From NCBI GenBank assembly GCA_019828565.1, contig JAHDYR010000016.1, positions 1-64,000 on the forward strand: DNA of 64,000 bases, written 5' to 3'. The notes beneath the pieces are model-generated. The model did not search any database. It worked only from the letters and a program-made list of their open reading frames with translations, and was not told where the DNA came from. Positions within the stretch are counted from its first letter, which is position 1. Every line of letters begins with the position of its first letter. The stretch comes from Carpediemonas membranifera BICM (lineage: Eukaryota > Protista > Fornicata). Below are positions 1 through 10,100 of this stretch, piece by piece. The position numbers and the translations under genes were made by a program.

Positions 1-2253
1 ATGTGCTCGTGGCCGATGCACTCGCGGATCTCGATGTTGGCGCCGTCCATAGTGCCGATGATGAGAGCGCCGTTGACGGCGAACTTCATGTTGCCAGTGC
101 CGCTGGGTAAGATTGGGATAAAAGGGTACTAACGAGGCTTCCATACCGGCTGTAGAGATCTGCTCGGAGACATCGCAGCCCGGGATAATGGTCTCAGCGC
201 TGGACACGTTGTACGAGGGGATGAATACGACCTTGAGCTTGTCCTCGATGGACTCGTCGGCATTGATCACCTCGGCGACGGAGTTGATCAGCTTGATGAT
301 GAGCTTGGCCTTCTCATAGCCGGGGGCCGCCTTGCCGCCAAAGATGGAGACGCGGGGCATGACATGCTCGATCGACTCGCCACGGTGGACCATCGTCTTC
401 AGCTCCTTGTACTTGTGGATCACTGCCAGGACGTTGAGCAGCTGGCGCTTGTACTCATGGATGCGCTTGACCTGGATGTCGAAGATGGCCTCGGTGCTCA
501 CCTCGATGCCCGTCTTCTTCAGGATGAGAGCGGCGAGGCGCTCCTTGTTGGCACGCTTAATGTCAGCGATTTGGGCGATGAAGTCGTCTTCGTCGGCGTG
601 GTCGAGCAGGCGGGGCATGTATTTCTCGGGCTCCATGACCCACTGGGCCTCGCTGGTGACGACACCGTCGTTGACGAGGGTCTCCGTGATGAGGCTGGTC
701 AGCTCAGGGTTTGCCTGACGCAGCCAGCGGCGGAACGTAACGCCGTTAGTCTTGTTCTGGAACTTCTCGGGCCACAGCTTGGCGAACGAGGCGAAGGTCT
801 GCTTGCGGATGATCTCAGAGTGGATTGCGGCGACACCGTTGACGGCGAAGGAGCCGACAATGGCGAGGTTGGCCATGTGGATGTTGCCGTCCTTGACGAT
901 ACGCATGGCGTGAACGTCGTCGTTGTTGTGCAGCTTCTCGTAGGCCATCTCGCAGAACCTGCGGTCGATCTCGCAGATGATGTCGTGGTGGCGGGGCAGC
1001 ATGTGCTGGATCATGTGGACGGGCCACTTCTCGAGAGCCTCCGGCAGCACAGTGTGGTTGGTGTAGGCGAACGTCTTGATAACCACGCTCCAGGCGTCTT
1101 CCCACTCGAAGCCGTGCTCGTCGATGAGCAGGCGCATGAGCTCGGCGACGGCGAGAGTCGGATGAGTGTCGTTGAGCTGGATCGTGTAGTACTCATGGAA
1201 GCGGGACAGCGGCGCCTTGGTCGACCGGAAGCGGTTGATCATGTCCTGGAGGGAGGCCGACGTGAAGAAGTACTGCTGCTTCAGGCGGAGGCGGCGGCCG
1301 ACATCAGTGCCGTCGTTGGGGTAAAGCACGGACGTGATATTCTCGGTCTCCAGCTTGTCACGGACGGCGTTGAGGTAGTCGCCGTGGTTGTGCGAGAAGA
1401 AGTCGAACTCGGTGCAGGGCCGGGCGGCCCACAGGCGGATGTTGAGGACGTTCTTCGTGCTGTAGCCGGGGCATAGCGTGTCGTAGGCGACGGCGCGGAC
1501 GGGCATGTAATTCTCCCACTTGTAGACAGTGCGGGCAAGCTTCGAGTCGTAGTACGCTGTGGAGTTGCCGAACAGCTTGACCTCCCACTGGACATCATTG
1601 CGTTCGAGCTCGTGGGGGTTGCCGCGGGTCAGCCAGTATTCGGGCGTCTCAACCTGGTAGCCGTCCTTGATGTCCTGCTTGAACATGCCGTATTGGTAGC
1701 GGAGACCGTACCCCCAGACAGGCAGTGACAGCGACGCGCAGGAGTCGACATAGCAGGCAGCGAGGCGGCCAAGACCACCGTTGCCAAGGGCAGCATCCAT
1801 CTCCTCCTCCTCGAGATCCTCGAGTTCGCCACCGAGACCCTGAACGGCGTTAGCGTAGGCTCCACGCTGATCGTCCGATAGCATGCCGTTGGTCAGGGCA
1901 CGACCCATGAGCCACTCCAGAGAGAGGTAGGACACCTGCTTGGTGCCGCGAGCGATGAACTCCTCCTGCGTGCGGTTCCAGCGATTAAGCAGGGAGGAAC
2001 GGAGGGTCAGGGCAGTTGCCTGATAGAGACCGAAGTTGTCCACGGTGGTCTTGGTACGGCCAAGGGAGTATTTGACGTGGTTCACAATCTCCGCCTGGAG
2101 CTCAGCGGGGCTCTTGTCCTTCTTGTCGTTGAATAGCGTGTGAACGTGGGGATCAAAGGACGCGTAGTCCTTCACAGACGCCTCCAGGTCGCGGGAAATG
2201 AGGGTAGGCGACATATCCTGGACATCTTCGTTAGCAATGTGATAATTCAGCAT
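1..2253 (-). CDS. Glycogen/starch phosphorylase (3' end runs off the window; 31-nt intron at 103-133)
   Basis: Minus-strand translation gives [82 protein letters not shown] and FGGKAAPGY. The PLP-site motif EAS|GTGNMKF is restored by removing a GTTAGT...CCCAG intron. Alternative in-frame ATG at 2214. Confidence 0.95.
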   Translation of the reverse strand, partial: MLNYHIANEDVQDMSPTLISRDLEASVKDYASFDPHVHTLFNDKKDKSPAELQAEIVNHVKYSLGRTKTTVDNFGLYQATALTLRSSLLNRWNRTQEEFIARGTKQVSYLSLEWLMGRALTNGMLSDDQRGAYANAVQGLGGELEDLEEEEMDAALGNGGLGRLAACYVDSCASLSLPVWGYGLRYQYGMFKQDIKDGYQVETPEYWLTRGNPHELERNDVQWEVKLFGNSTAYYDSKLARTVYKWENYMPVRAVAYDTLCPGYSTKNVLNIRLWAARPCTEFDFFSHNHGDYLNAVRDKLETENITSVLYPNDGTDVGRRLRLKQQYFFTSASLQDMINRFRSTKAPLSRFHEYYTIQLNDTHPTLAVAELMRLLIDEHGFEWEDAWSVVIKTFAYTNHTVLPEALEKWPVHMIQHMLPRHHDIICEIDRRFCEMAYEKLHNNDDVHAMRIVKDGNIHMANLAIVGSFAVNGVAAIHSEIIRKQTFASFAKLWPEKFQNKTNGVTFRRWLRQANPELTSLITETLVNDGVVTSEAQWVMEPEKYMPRLLDHADEDDFIAQIADIKRANKERLAALILKKTGIEVSTEAIFDIQVKRIHEYKRQLLNVLAVIHKYKELKTMVHRGESIEHVMPRVSIFGGKAAPGYEKAKLIIKLINSVAEVINADESIEDKLKVVFIPSYNVSSAETIIPGCDVSEQISTAGMEASLVPFYPNLTQRHWQHEVRRQRRSHHRHYGRRQHRDPRVHRPRAH

Positions 2254-2525
2254 ATTGGAGGGCCTCTTCGATCACTCGCTGATGATACGGAGAAAATCAG
2301 CAGCCAAAAATTGGATGACCCGACTCAATTTCGGTCATCTTGCCGAATCCATTGCCCAACCAGCGCCATCGTTGCCTTTCTCAATCACATCGCAATCGAC
2401 CAGGTACAAACACACTGAAGTTGTTTACAGTTCATGGCTGTCAGTGGCTTCGTCTCTGCGACAACGGGAATTTTCTCACGATCTCGATGATCGCCCCTTC
2501 CCTGACCACTGATTGCGTGTCATCT

Positions 2526-2931
2526 TTATGCAGTGAAAGTGGAAACGAACTCGGTGAGGCTAAGTTCAGTGCCCGAAAGCTGCAGTAATGCAAATACATT
2601 GCTGCCTGCTGCCGGTGTGAGTGCCTACTTGGCTGGAGCCCTTCTCCAGAGCTGGTCATGGGGCGGTGAAGTGCTTCACGTACGCTGGTCAAACAACGAT
2701 ACAATATCGTCTGTTCTCGCATCAGCGCAACTAAGTCTGGTGAAACTCACTGTGAACTCCACCTGAGAAGCCTTCAAATGCTTCTTCCGGGATTTCTCGC
2801 CTGATATTCACAGTAGGAGCACCGGGGCAGCTCTCTGGAAGCTGGGAGCCAGCCGGCGTGATAAAACCGTCAGCAAAAGTGTCGGAAACCTGCATTTCGG
2901 ACAAGCCATCAATTTGCAGTGTCGGAATCAT
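2526..2931 (-). CDS. Putative 4-exon small hypothetical protein (~94 aa)
   Basis: Three GT..AG introns (2711-2750, 2652-2683, 2580-2628) join in phase into MIPTLQIDG...VHNDIVSLFDQPLEKGSSQLSGTELSLTEFVSTFTA*. No recognisable domain. Confidence 0.4.
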
Positions 2932-2971
2932 GTTGGGAAACTTTTTTCGCAGTTTAGTCGAAAAAATGTGC

Positions 2972-3146
2972 GTGCCATTAAAGGGTCGAACAATGTGTTT
3001 TATACTGCGCAACACTGCCCTGTCTCCATCCTACTCTCGCCTTAAGTCGGTAGCGAGATCGTCTTCTCCAGAGCCTCAACAAAACTGTCTTCTTTGTGGA
3101 CCTCAGCACAGCTGCAAACATCACAATCGCTCACACGTCGTCTCAT
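2972..3146 (+). repeat. Orphan copy of the 5' (left) end of the Fanzor element at 26312-28102
   Basis: About 175 bp aligns with few mismatches to the reverse complement of 27911-28083, including GTGCYATTRAAGGG and AACAATGTGTTT(T)ATACTGCGCAACA blocks. Confidence 0.9.
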
Positions 3147-3277
3147 CATCAGTCAAGTGCAGTCTTGCAGATTTAGAGGCTGGGCTTGGACCCGTCCGGC
3201 AAGAGTTACAAACACACCAACTGGCGAGTACAGCATTGAGTGCCCTCGAAACCACTCCCGATGTCGTGTGATACGGC

Positions 3278-4588
3278 CTAGAACCCCTGGTGGTAGTGGG
3301 TGATACTCTGCTGCAGCCGCTGCTCGCCCATCTCGCACAGCACTTCGCTGAGTTCGAACTGCAGTTGCTGGATCTGGTACATCGCAAGTTCCTCGACCTC
3401 CAAGGACTTGAGGAATGCTGCAAACCACTCGATGTCGCAGCTGAGCTCGGCGATTGGGACAATCTCCTCGTGCCGCAGGTGGCCGACGACCTTTTTGATG
3501 ACGTCGTCGACCGTGACCTGGGCCCCCTGGGCAACCGACATCAGCTCCTTCAGCTGCCGGCGCTGCTGGTGCTTCAACCTGTCCTTCTTCTTCCCGAACC
3601 GGGCCTGCTTCTTGAGGTAATCCTTGGCCTTAGCCTCGAGTGTCGCTTCATCTAGATTCTGCAGGACCACACCAATAAAAAGATTCGACAAAATAAAATG
3701 TCCAACGAATACGATGAGGACAGCAAAGAGCCTGGGGAGCCACAGCTTGGGGACGGAGTTGATGTCCTCGAGAGGCTCAATGATGATGTGCCACGACTCT
3801 GCCGTGATGAAACAGAAGATCACTACAAATGCGCTGGCCAGACTGGTAAAGTGGTTGGTCTCGTCTCCCGTGTCTATTGACTCAAAGATATAGTAACCTG
3901 CGATGGCGAACACGTAGTCAATGAGCAGGATGAGGAACGCAAGGTTGAGGACGGCGAAGAGGGTGTGCAGGACGGCCTTGACCAGGGTCTGGAGGGATGG
4001 GATGAACGAGACCGTGCGGAGGGCCCTGAACGCCCTGGCTGCCCGGAAGAGTCGGATGTATGTGACGTTCGAGAGGGGCCCGGCGTACAGCTCTTCGATG
4101 GCGAACTGGACGTATGACATCAGCAGGATGAAGAAGTCGAATAGGTTAAACCCGTTCTTCCAGTATGCGATGGGGGTCGCCCCGATCTTGAGAAGGAACT
4201 CGACAGTATATATCGATAGGTAGACCGCGTCCAGCAGGTCGAACCAGGGCCCATACTTCTTGGTCAGCCACGCGGACGTCTCGAGGCTAATAGTGATGAT
4301 GTTGAGGAGTACTGTCGCGAGTACGAACAGCTGGAATGGGCGGCAGTACGCCGCGAGGTGAAGAGCCCGATGCATTGGGCCGTGGAACTTGTAGGTAACC
4401 TCTTCATCGTCCTCAAGCGTCTCCATCAGGTGCTGTACCATTGATTCGGTGAAATCGTTCGCGAGCTCACTGGGAAGCATCGATGCACGGCCACTAGTGG
4501 ACCGAAAGCCCTTTAGCGCGCTACCAGCATGTGAGAACTCGGCAAAACCGAATGATCCACCACTTGAAGCAGTAGATCCCCAGGACAT
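3278..4588 (-). CDS. Single-domain 6TM voltage-gated cation channel, CatSper3-like
   Basis: Ion_trans features: YWKNGFNLFDF, S4 IRLFRAARAFRALR, pore FITAESWH, S6 NLFIGVVLQN. The C-terminal LRHEEIVP...LQFELSEVL resembles the CatSper3 tail (from memory). Confidence 0.85.
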   Translation of the reverse strand: MSWGSTASSGGSFGFAEFSHAGSALKGFRSTSGRASMLPSELANDFTESMVQHLMETLEDDEEVTYKFHGPMHRALHLAAYCRPFQLFVLATVLLNIITISLETSAWLTKKYGPWFDLLDAVYLSIYTVEFLLKIGATPIAYWKNGFNLFDFFILLMSYVQFAIEELYAGPLSNVTYIRLFRAARAFRALRTVSFIPSLQTLVKAVLHTLFAVLNLAFLILLIDYVFAIAGYYIFESIDTGDETNHFTSLASAFVVIFCFITAESWHIIIEPLEDINSVPKLWLPRLFAVLIVFVGHFILSNLFIGVVLQNLDEATLEAKAKDYLKKQARFGKKKDRLKHQQRRQLKELMSVAQGAQVTVDDVIKKVVGHLRHEEIVPIAELSCDIEWFAAFLKSLEVEELAMYQIQQLQFELSEVLCEMGEQRLQQSITHYHQGF

Positions 4589-4873
4589 ACCAGATCAATA
4601 CCGGTCTGGTGCTCTTCTCGCGATCGCATCAATCTCGGGCTCCGATTGACCTCAAGATTAGCACAATTATGGGACTCCCCATGGTGTAATGGTGTGGAAT
4701 CCGACGGCGAGACTCTCTCTCTCGTTGATCGTGCGCTCAAACACTCGGTCGCAAAAGCTCATTCGATGCCAAAAAGATTTGACGACGCCGATTCTGACTG
4801 ATTCGGACTCAACCTTTACGCCCAATTCTTCCAGCAATGTTATTGCTCTATTAAACAGTCTGCCCTTCAACCC

Positions 4874-5821
4874 TCAGCCAAACTGCTGGACGAGCGACAC
4901 GAGTCCCCAGGCGGACAGCGGGAGCCCCAGGATGAGGGCGGCGATGCCAGCGAGCAAAACGGCGAGGCATATACAGATAATGAGATATATCGTCTTGCGG
5001 CCGGTCTTCTGATGCTTGCTGGCCTTATCCAGGTGGCGCTGGCCCTTCTCGACATGGTCCTTGGCCCCGGAGATGTTGTTGGCGACGAGGTTGAGCGCCT
5101 CACTCTGCTGGGCAACGAGGAAGAGGAACTGCTTGTGCATGTCGTGGAGCTCCTTGATCGACTGTGTTAGCGCCAGGATGTCCGAGTGTCGCTCCCGCGC
5201 CTCCTTGTACGCTGTTACTACCTCACCCGCGTTGCCGAACTCAGCCTCGAGCACGGACTCAAACTCGGGGTCGTTATCCATCACTCCGTCTGCAATGCGA
5301 TCAAGTGTCTCGTCCGGGAGAGACATGTCCGCGATTCTGATCTGTCGCTTCAGCTGGTTCCTGAAGGCGTCCCTGTTGTGAGCCTGCAGCTGCTGGAATC
5401 GTGTTGCCGTCTTGATCATCTCTCGGGAAATGTAGTCGTAGATGTTGCGGCGGGACCTGAGCTCGACAACTGAGACCTCCTCGTCTTCTGTGGACAGTAT
5501 CGTGTTCATCCTCTTCAGCAGTGCTGTGAGCTCGTTGATGTCCTCGCGGCAGGCCAGTGTGAGTGCCTTGATGGCGGACTCGGAGCCCTGGGTGATGAGC
5601 TCGACGATACGGACGGAGAGGCCGTCCTTCTTCTGCTCGTGGGTAATTGATTCGATTCTCTTGTTCACCTTCCGAAGCAGCTTCTTCGCGCTGTCCGCCA
5701 ATTTGCTAAACTCGTCTTCGTACTGCTCATCCTCCTCCTCAATCATGATCTCGGGTATTCCAAGCTCACTATCCGCATCTTCAAGGCCAGTTTGCGCCCG
5801 TAGCTCCGCTAGACGATTCAT
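4874..5821 (-). CDS. Syntaxin (Qa-SNARE, plasma-membrane syntaxin-1-like)
   Basis: N-peptide MNRLAEL, Habc helices, SNARE motif ERHSDILALTQSIKELHDMH..LVAQQSE, C-terminal TM anchor. Confidence 0.9.
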   Translation of the reverse strand: MNRLAELRAQTGLEDADSELGIPEIMIEEEDEQYEDEFSKLADSAKKLLRKVNKRIESITHEQKKDGLSVRIVELITQGSESAIKALTLACREDINELTALLKRMNTILSTEDEEVSVVELRSRRNIYDYISREMIKTATRFQQLQAHNRDAFRNQLKRQIRIADMSLPDETLDRIADGVMDNDPEFESVLEAEFGNAGEVVTAYKEARERHSDILALTQSIKELHDMHKQFLFLVAQQSEALNLVANNISGAKDHVEKGQRHLDKASKHQKTGRKTIYLIICICLAVLLAGIAALILGLPLSAWGLVSLVQQFG

Positions 5822-5879
5822 TCCGAGCTCGCGTTTTCATGACAAAAACTGCTCTTGCCTTCGCAACTCATGCTATCAT

Positions 5880-6788
5880 TTAGTTCTCCACCACAGCTTC
5901 CTCCGCGGGTGCGCGGAGGACGAGGAGCAAGAGGACGAGGATGAAGAACGTCACGAGCACCTCAGTCGGGAGGGCCAGCAGGTTCGCCAAGAACTTCTTG
6001 GCTTCCCTCTTAATATCCTCCTTGTCGGTGTTCTGCACCGTCACCATCGCCTTGTTGACTACAGCAGTCGCAGTCTCAGTGGCCCACCGCTGGACAAGCC
6101 CGACAAACGGGGACTTCTCGCCCTTGGGCTGCTCGGTCTTCTCAACGGGCTGGGCGGGCTCCTCCTCGGCCTCCTGCTCATGCTCCTCAGCAACCTCGGG
6201 CTCGGGCTCGGGTTCAACGGCGGGAGTGCGCTCGCGGCGCTCGGGCTCCTTCTCGGCGGGGGCTTCGAGCTCGTCGCGGTAGATCTCGGTCTCCTCCTTG
6301 TTGATGCTCTTCTGCTGGACGTCGCGCTGGATGTCCTGGATCTTGGGGGCGTCCTCGTTTGTCTCGCCGATCTTCTCGAACAGGGCGAAGAGCGCGTCGA
6401 TGACGGCGCGGGGGTTGGCCTGCTCAGCAAGATCATTGACCTCAAAGAGTGTGTTCTTGTCCATATCCGCGGTATCAATGCACGCGTCGAGGAAGTTCTC
6501 GATATTCTGGCGGTAATACATGCGGTGGGCGGAGATGATCTCCTTGTTCTCGTGTATGCCCTCGATCTGAGCATCAATGAAGTATTTGTTCCAAAGATTG
6601 CACAGGGCAGCGCCAGTGGTAAGCTGAGAAACCACAGTCTTGCTGGTATCGAGCTGGAAGCCAATGTCGCTCTGCATGATGAATTCACCGACAGCCTTGG
6701 ATTTGTTGGCATATACCATGATCTGGAAATCGCCGCGCTTGAAGGTGATGGATTCGTCGGATTCTGTAAGCTTGAGACCGTTCTGCAT
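5880..6788 (-). CDS. Calponin-homology-domain protein with acidic linker and C-terminal hydrophobic helix
   Basis: CH signature L..GAALCNL..., NIENFLDAC, LFEVNDLAEQ.NPRAVIDALFAL; hydrophobic VLVTFFILVLLLLVL near the C-terminus. ATG at 6788 chosen. Confidence 0.7.
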   Translation of the reverse strand: MQNGLKLTESDESITFKRGDFQIMVYANKSKAVGEFIMQSDIGFQLDTSKTVVSQLTTGAALCNLWNKYFIDAQIEGIHENKEIISAHRMYYRQNIENFLDACIDTADMDKNTLFEVNDLAEQANPRAVIDALFALFEKIGETNEDAPKIQDIQRDVQQKSINKEETEIYRDELEAPAEKEPERRERTPAVEPEPEPEVAEEHEQEAEEEPAQPVEKTEQPKGEKSPFVGLVQRWATETATAVVNKAMVTVQNTDKEDIKREAKKFLANLLALPTEVLVTFFILVLLLLVLRAPAEEAVVEN

Positions 6789-7103
6789 TGTTCGCTTCTT
6801 GGTTGCGAGAATTTTTTCTCGCTGGAAAAAACGGTCGAAAAATCGCGCGTATACGCCCTTCAACCAGTCTGCCCAAGCTTCGGGTGAAGGACAACAGAGC
6901 ATAACAGGCCATACCTGACAAAATTAGATGAACTTGCAAGGTCAACAAGTTGATGGCAGTGATGGGAGAGGAGCAGGCGATCTACCCTTCATCGATTCCT
7001 ACCACTAGCTCTTGGCAGTAGGGTAAAGGATTGTATGATGTGTCGCGTTGCAGTTGCAGGCAGACCACCGAGATGCCGACCCAGTAAACATTTATAGCTA
7101 CAT

Positions 7104-10100
7104 CTAGTACGCCTCGAGGACGTAGCGCTGCTCCTTCTCGCGCTGCTCGAACAGGGCCTCGGCCTCCTCGCGGTCGACGCCGTTCTCGACGAACGTGCCG
7201 ATGATGGACTCCTTGAGGCTCTTGGCGCCGACGATGGTGCCGCAGTAGTAAACGTTGCCGCCGTTCTTGTAGAGCATCTCAAAGACCTCCTTGGCGTACT
7301 GCTGGATGCGGTGGTGGACGTAGACCTTCTTGGCTGACTCGCGGGAGAAGGCAGTGATCTCCTCGTAGATGCCGTCGTCGCGCCACTGGAGCTCGGTCGG
7401 GGTCAGAAGGTAGTCCTCATCGCGGCGTCTGCAGCCGTAGTAGAGGGTGGCCTTGTTCTGGGGGATGCCCTCGTCGTGGAGCATCTTGCGGTACTGGATG
7501 AAGCCCTGGAAGGGCGCGATACCCGTGCCGAGGGCGACCATCATGTAGGGCGTGTCGGGGTTCTCGGGAGGGACGAGAGGCGAGGACTTGACGTAGGCAG
7601 CGCAGCGGTCGCCGACGTTGATGTCCTTGAGCCAGGTGGTGGTGAGGCCGCCGCACTTCTTGCCCTTGGGGGTGACCCAGTCGACGATGCCGACGGTGAG
7701 CTGGATGGCGTGGGGCACCATCTTGTCCGAGGAGGCGATGGAGTAGAGGCGGGGCTTGATGGCGGGGATGAGGTCGACCAGATACTCCAGGGCGGGGCGG
7801 GCCGACGTGAACTCCTCAAGGAACTCGCCGTAGGTGACGTACTCGTTCATGTACTCCATGTAGTCCTCCTTGCCGTCCTTCGACACGAGGTACTGCAGGC
7901 GCTCGCGCTGCTTGAGGTCCTGGGCGAAGGGGATCATGGCGCGCATGAAGGGCTTGGTGACACGGCCGGCAATGTCGAGGTGCTGGGTGAAGATCTCGCG
8001 GATCGTCAGGGAGCGGTCGAGGCCGGCGGGGGCCATGTTGTTGCCAGTGCCGCGGACGGTGACGCACATGTCGCCGTTGAGCTTGTTGATGTGGAGCCAA
8101 TTGTCGACGGTGTTGTCGAGGTTGCGGGGGACGATGGCCATGTGGTAGCCGGTCGAGTAGCTCAGGCTGGTGTTGTCGAGTGAGAACTCGAAGTGGTGCG
8201 AGGCGCGGTCCATCTTGGGGTCCGTGAGCAGCTTGTTGGCGTTGACGGTGGTCCACTGACAGTCGGGCGGCGGGGGAGGGGGGTTCTGCATGGAGGCGGT
8301 GACGAGCACGGCGTACTTGGGCTCGGGGATGGTGGGCACAGCGCCGGCGTCCTGGGCGCCGAGGCCCTCCCAGAGAGCCTCAGTCCAGTTGCCGTAGCCG
8401 TCCTCGTACTTCTCGGGGTGGGACTCGTCACCCTTGCCGAAGGGGCAGAGGGCGACACCGCCGAGCTCGGCCATGCGGTCGTGAACCTCCTCGGCGGCCT
8501 TGCAGAAGAGGGGGTACGCCTTGGAGCCGAGGCCCATGACGGCGAACTGGGTGCCGGTGAAGGTGTCGTCGGCGAGGCTCGAGTCGGAGAGCCACTCCCA
8601 GAAGGCGGCGGCGGAGTCGGGGTGCTCGCCGTTGCCGAAGGTCGAGGTGATGTAGACCACGAGCTCGGACTTGGCGATCTCGTTGGGCTTGATCTTGTCG
8701 ACAGCGACGACGCGGGGGGCGAACTCGATGTCCTTGGTCTTGGCCTCGTTGGCCAGGCGGTAGGCGACCTCCTTGGAGGTGCCGGTCTGGGTGGCGAACA
8801 CGATGAGCATCGGCACGGCGTCGGCAGAGCAGACGTCGCCGGCGTCGGGGGCCTCGACGATCTCGCCGTCGGGACCGCGCACGAGCTTGGAGCGGTCGGA
8901 GTAGGTGGTGTGGAGCAGCTCGTGGGCCTTGTGGGAGTTGGGCTCGCCGAAGAACTCCTTGTAGATCGCCATGATCTCTGGGTTCTCGTGGGACTTGCGC
9001 TGCGTGGCACGCTCGTCATCGGAGTAGATGGCAGACTGGCGCTTCTCGATGATCTTGGGGTCGAGGGATTTGGGCTGGCCGCCGCCGCCGATGCACCCGC
9101 CCTGGCACGCCATGACCTCGACAAAGTCGTAGCTGCGCTTGCCAGCCTGGATGTCGCACATCATGACGTTGGCGTTGGCAATGCCAGACGCGATGGCGAT
9201 GCGGAGGGTCTTGGTGGGGCCGTCCTTGAGGGGGATCTCGACCGAGGCCTCCTTGATGCCGGCGAGGCCTCTGACGGGGGTGTAAGAGAGGGTGCTGATG
9301 CCCTTGCCAGCGAGGACCTCGTAGGCGGTGCGGAGGGCAGCCTCCATCACGCCGCCGGTGGTGCCGAACAGTCTGCCCGCGCCCGTGGAGGCACCAATAG
9401 GGGAGTCGAACTCTTGGTTGGGCAGAGCGGGGAAGTCGATGTGGTGCTTGCGGATGAGCTTGCCGAGCTCGCGGGTGGTGAGGACGGCATCGACGACCTT
9501 CATGCCACCGGTGACCATCTGCATGCGGTCGATCTCGCCCTTCTTGGCGGTGCAAGGCATGACGGCGAAGTGGAAGATGTCGGCCGGGTTAATGCCCATC
9601 TTCTTGGCGAAGTAGGTCTTGACGACGGAGCCCATCATCATCATAGGGCTTCGGGCGGTCGAGAGGTTGTCGAGATACTCGGGGAAGCGGATCTCGATGT
9701 TGTTGATCCAGGCAGGGCAGCAGGACGTGAACATGGGGCCCATCTTCTCGGCCTGCTCGGGGGTGGCGGCCCACTTCTTCTGCATGCGACCGATGAGCTC
9801 GGTGCCCTCCTCCATGATGGTCAGGTCGGCCGCGAAGTCGGTATCAACGACGTAGTTGCAGCCGAGAGCCTTGAGGGCGGCGACCATCTTGCCGGTGGAA
9901 ACCTCACCAGCGGCGACGCCGCACTCCTCGCCGATGGCGACGCGGACGGCGGGGGCGGTCTGGGCAACGATAGTCTTGCCCTCAGCGATGGCGGCGTAGA
10001 GGCGCTCGATGTGAGAGACCTCGGAGATGGCTCCAACAGGGCAGAAGCTGGAGCACTGGCCGCAACCGATGCAGCGGGTCTCGTCGAGGCGGAGGCCGCC

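Noticed and set aside
364-1476. Long plus-strand ORF of 370 aa (similarly 5442-6887, 8193-10619, 15247-16341, 44286-45824)
   Set aside because: Antisense shadows of GC3-rich real genes on the opposite strand; no independent motifs.
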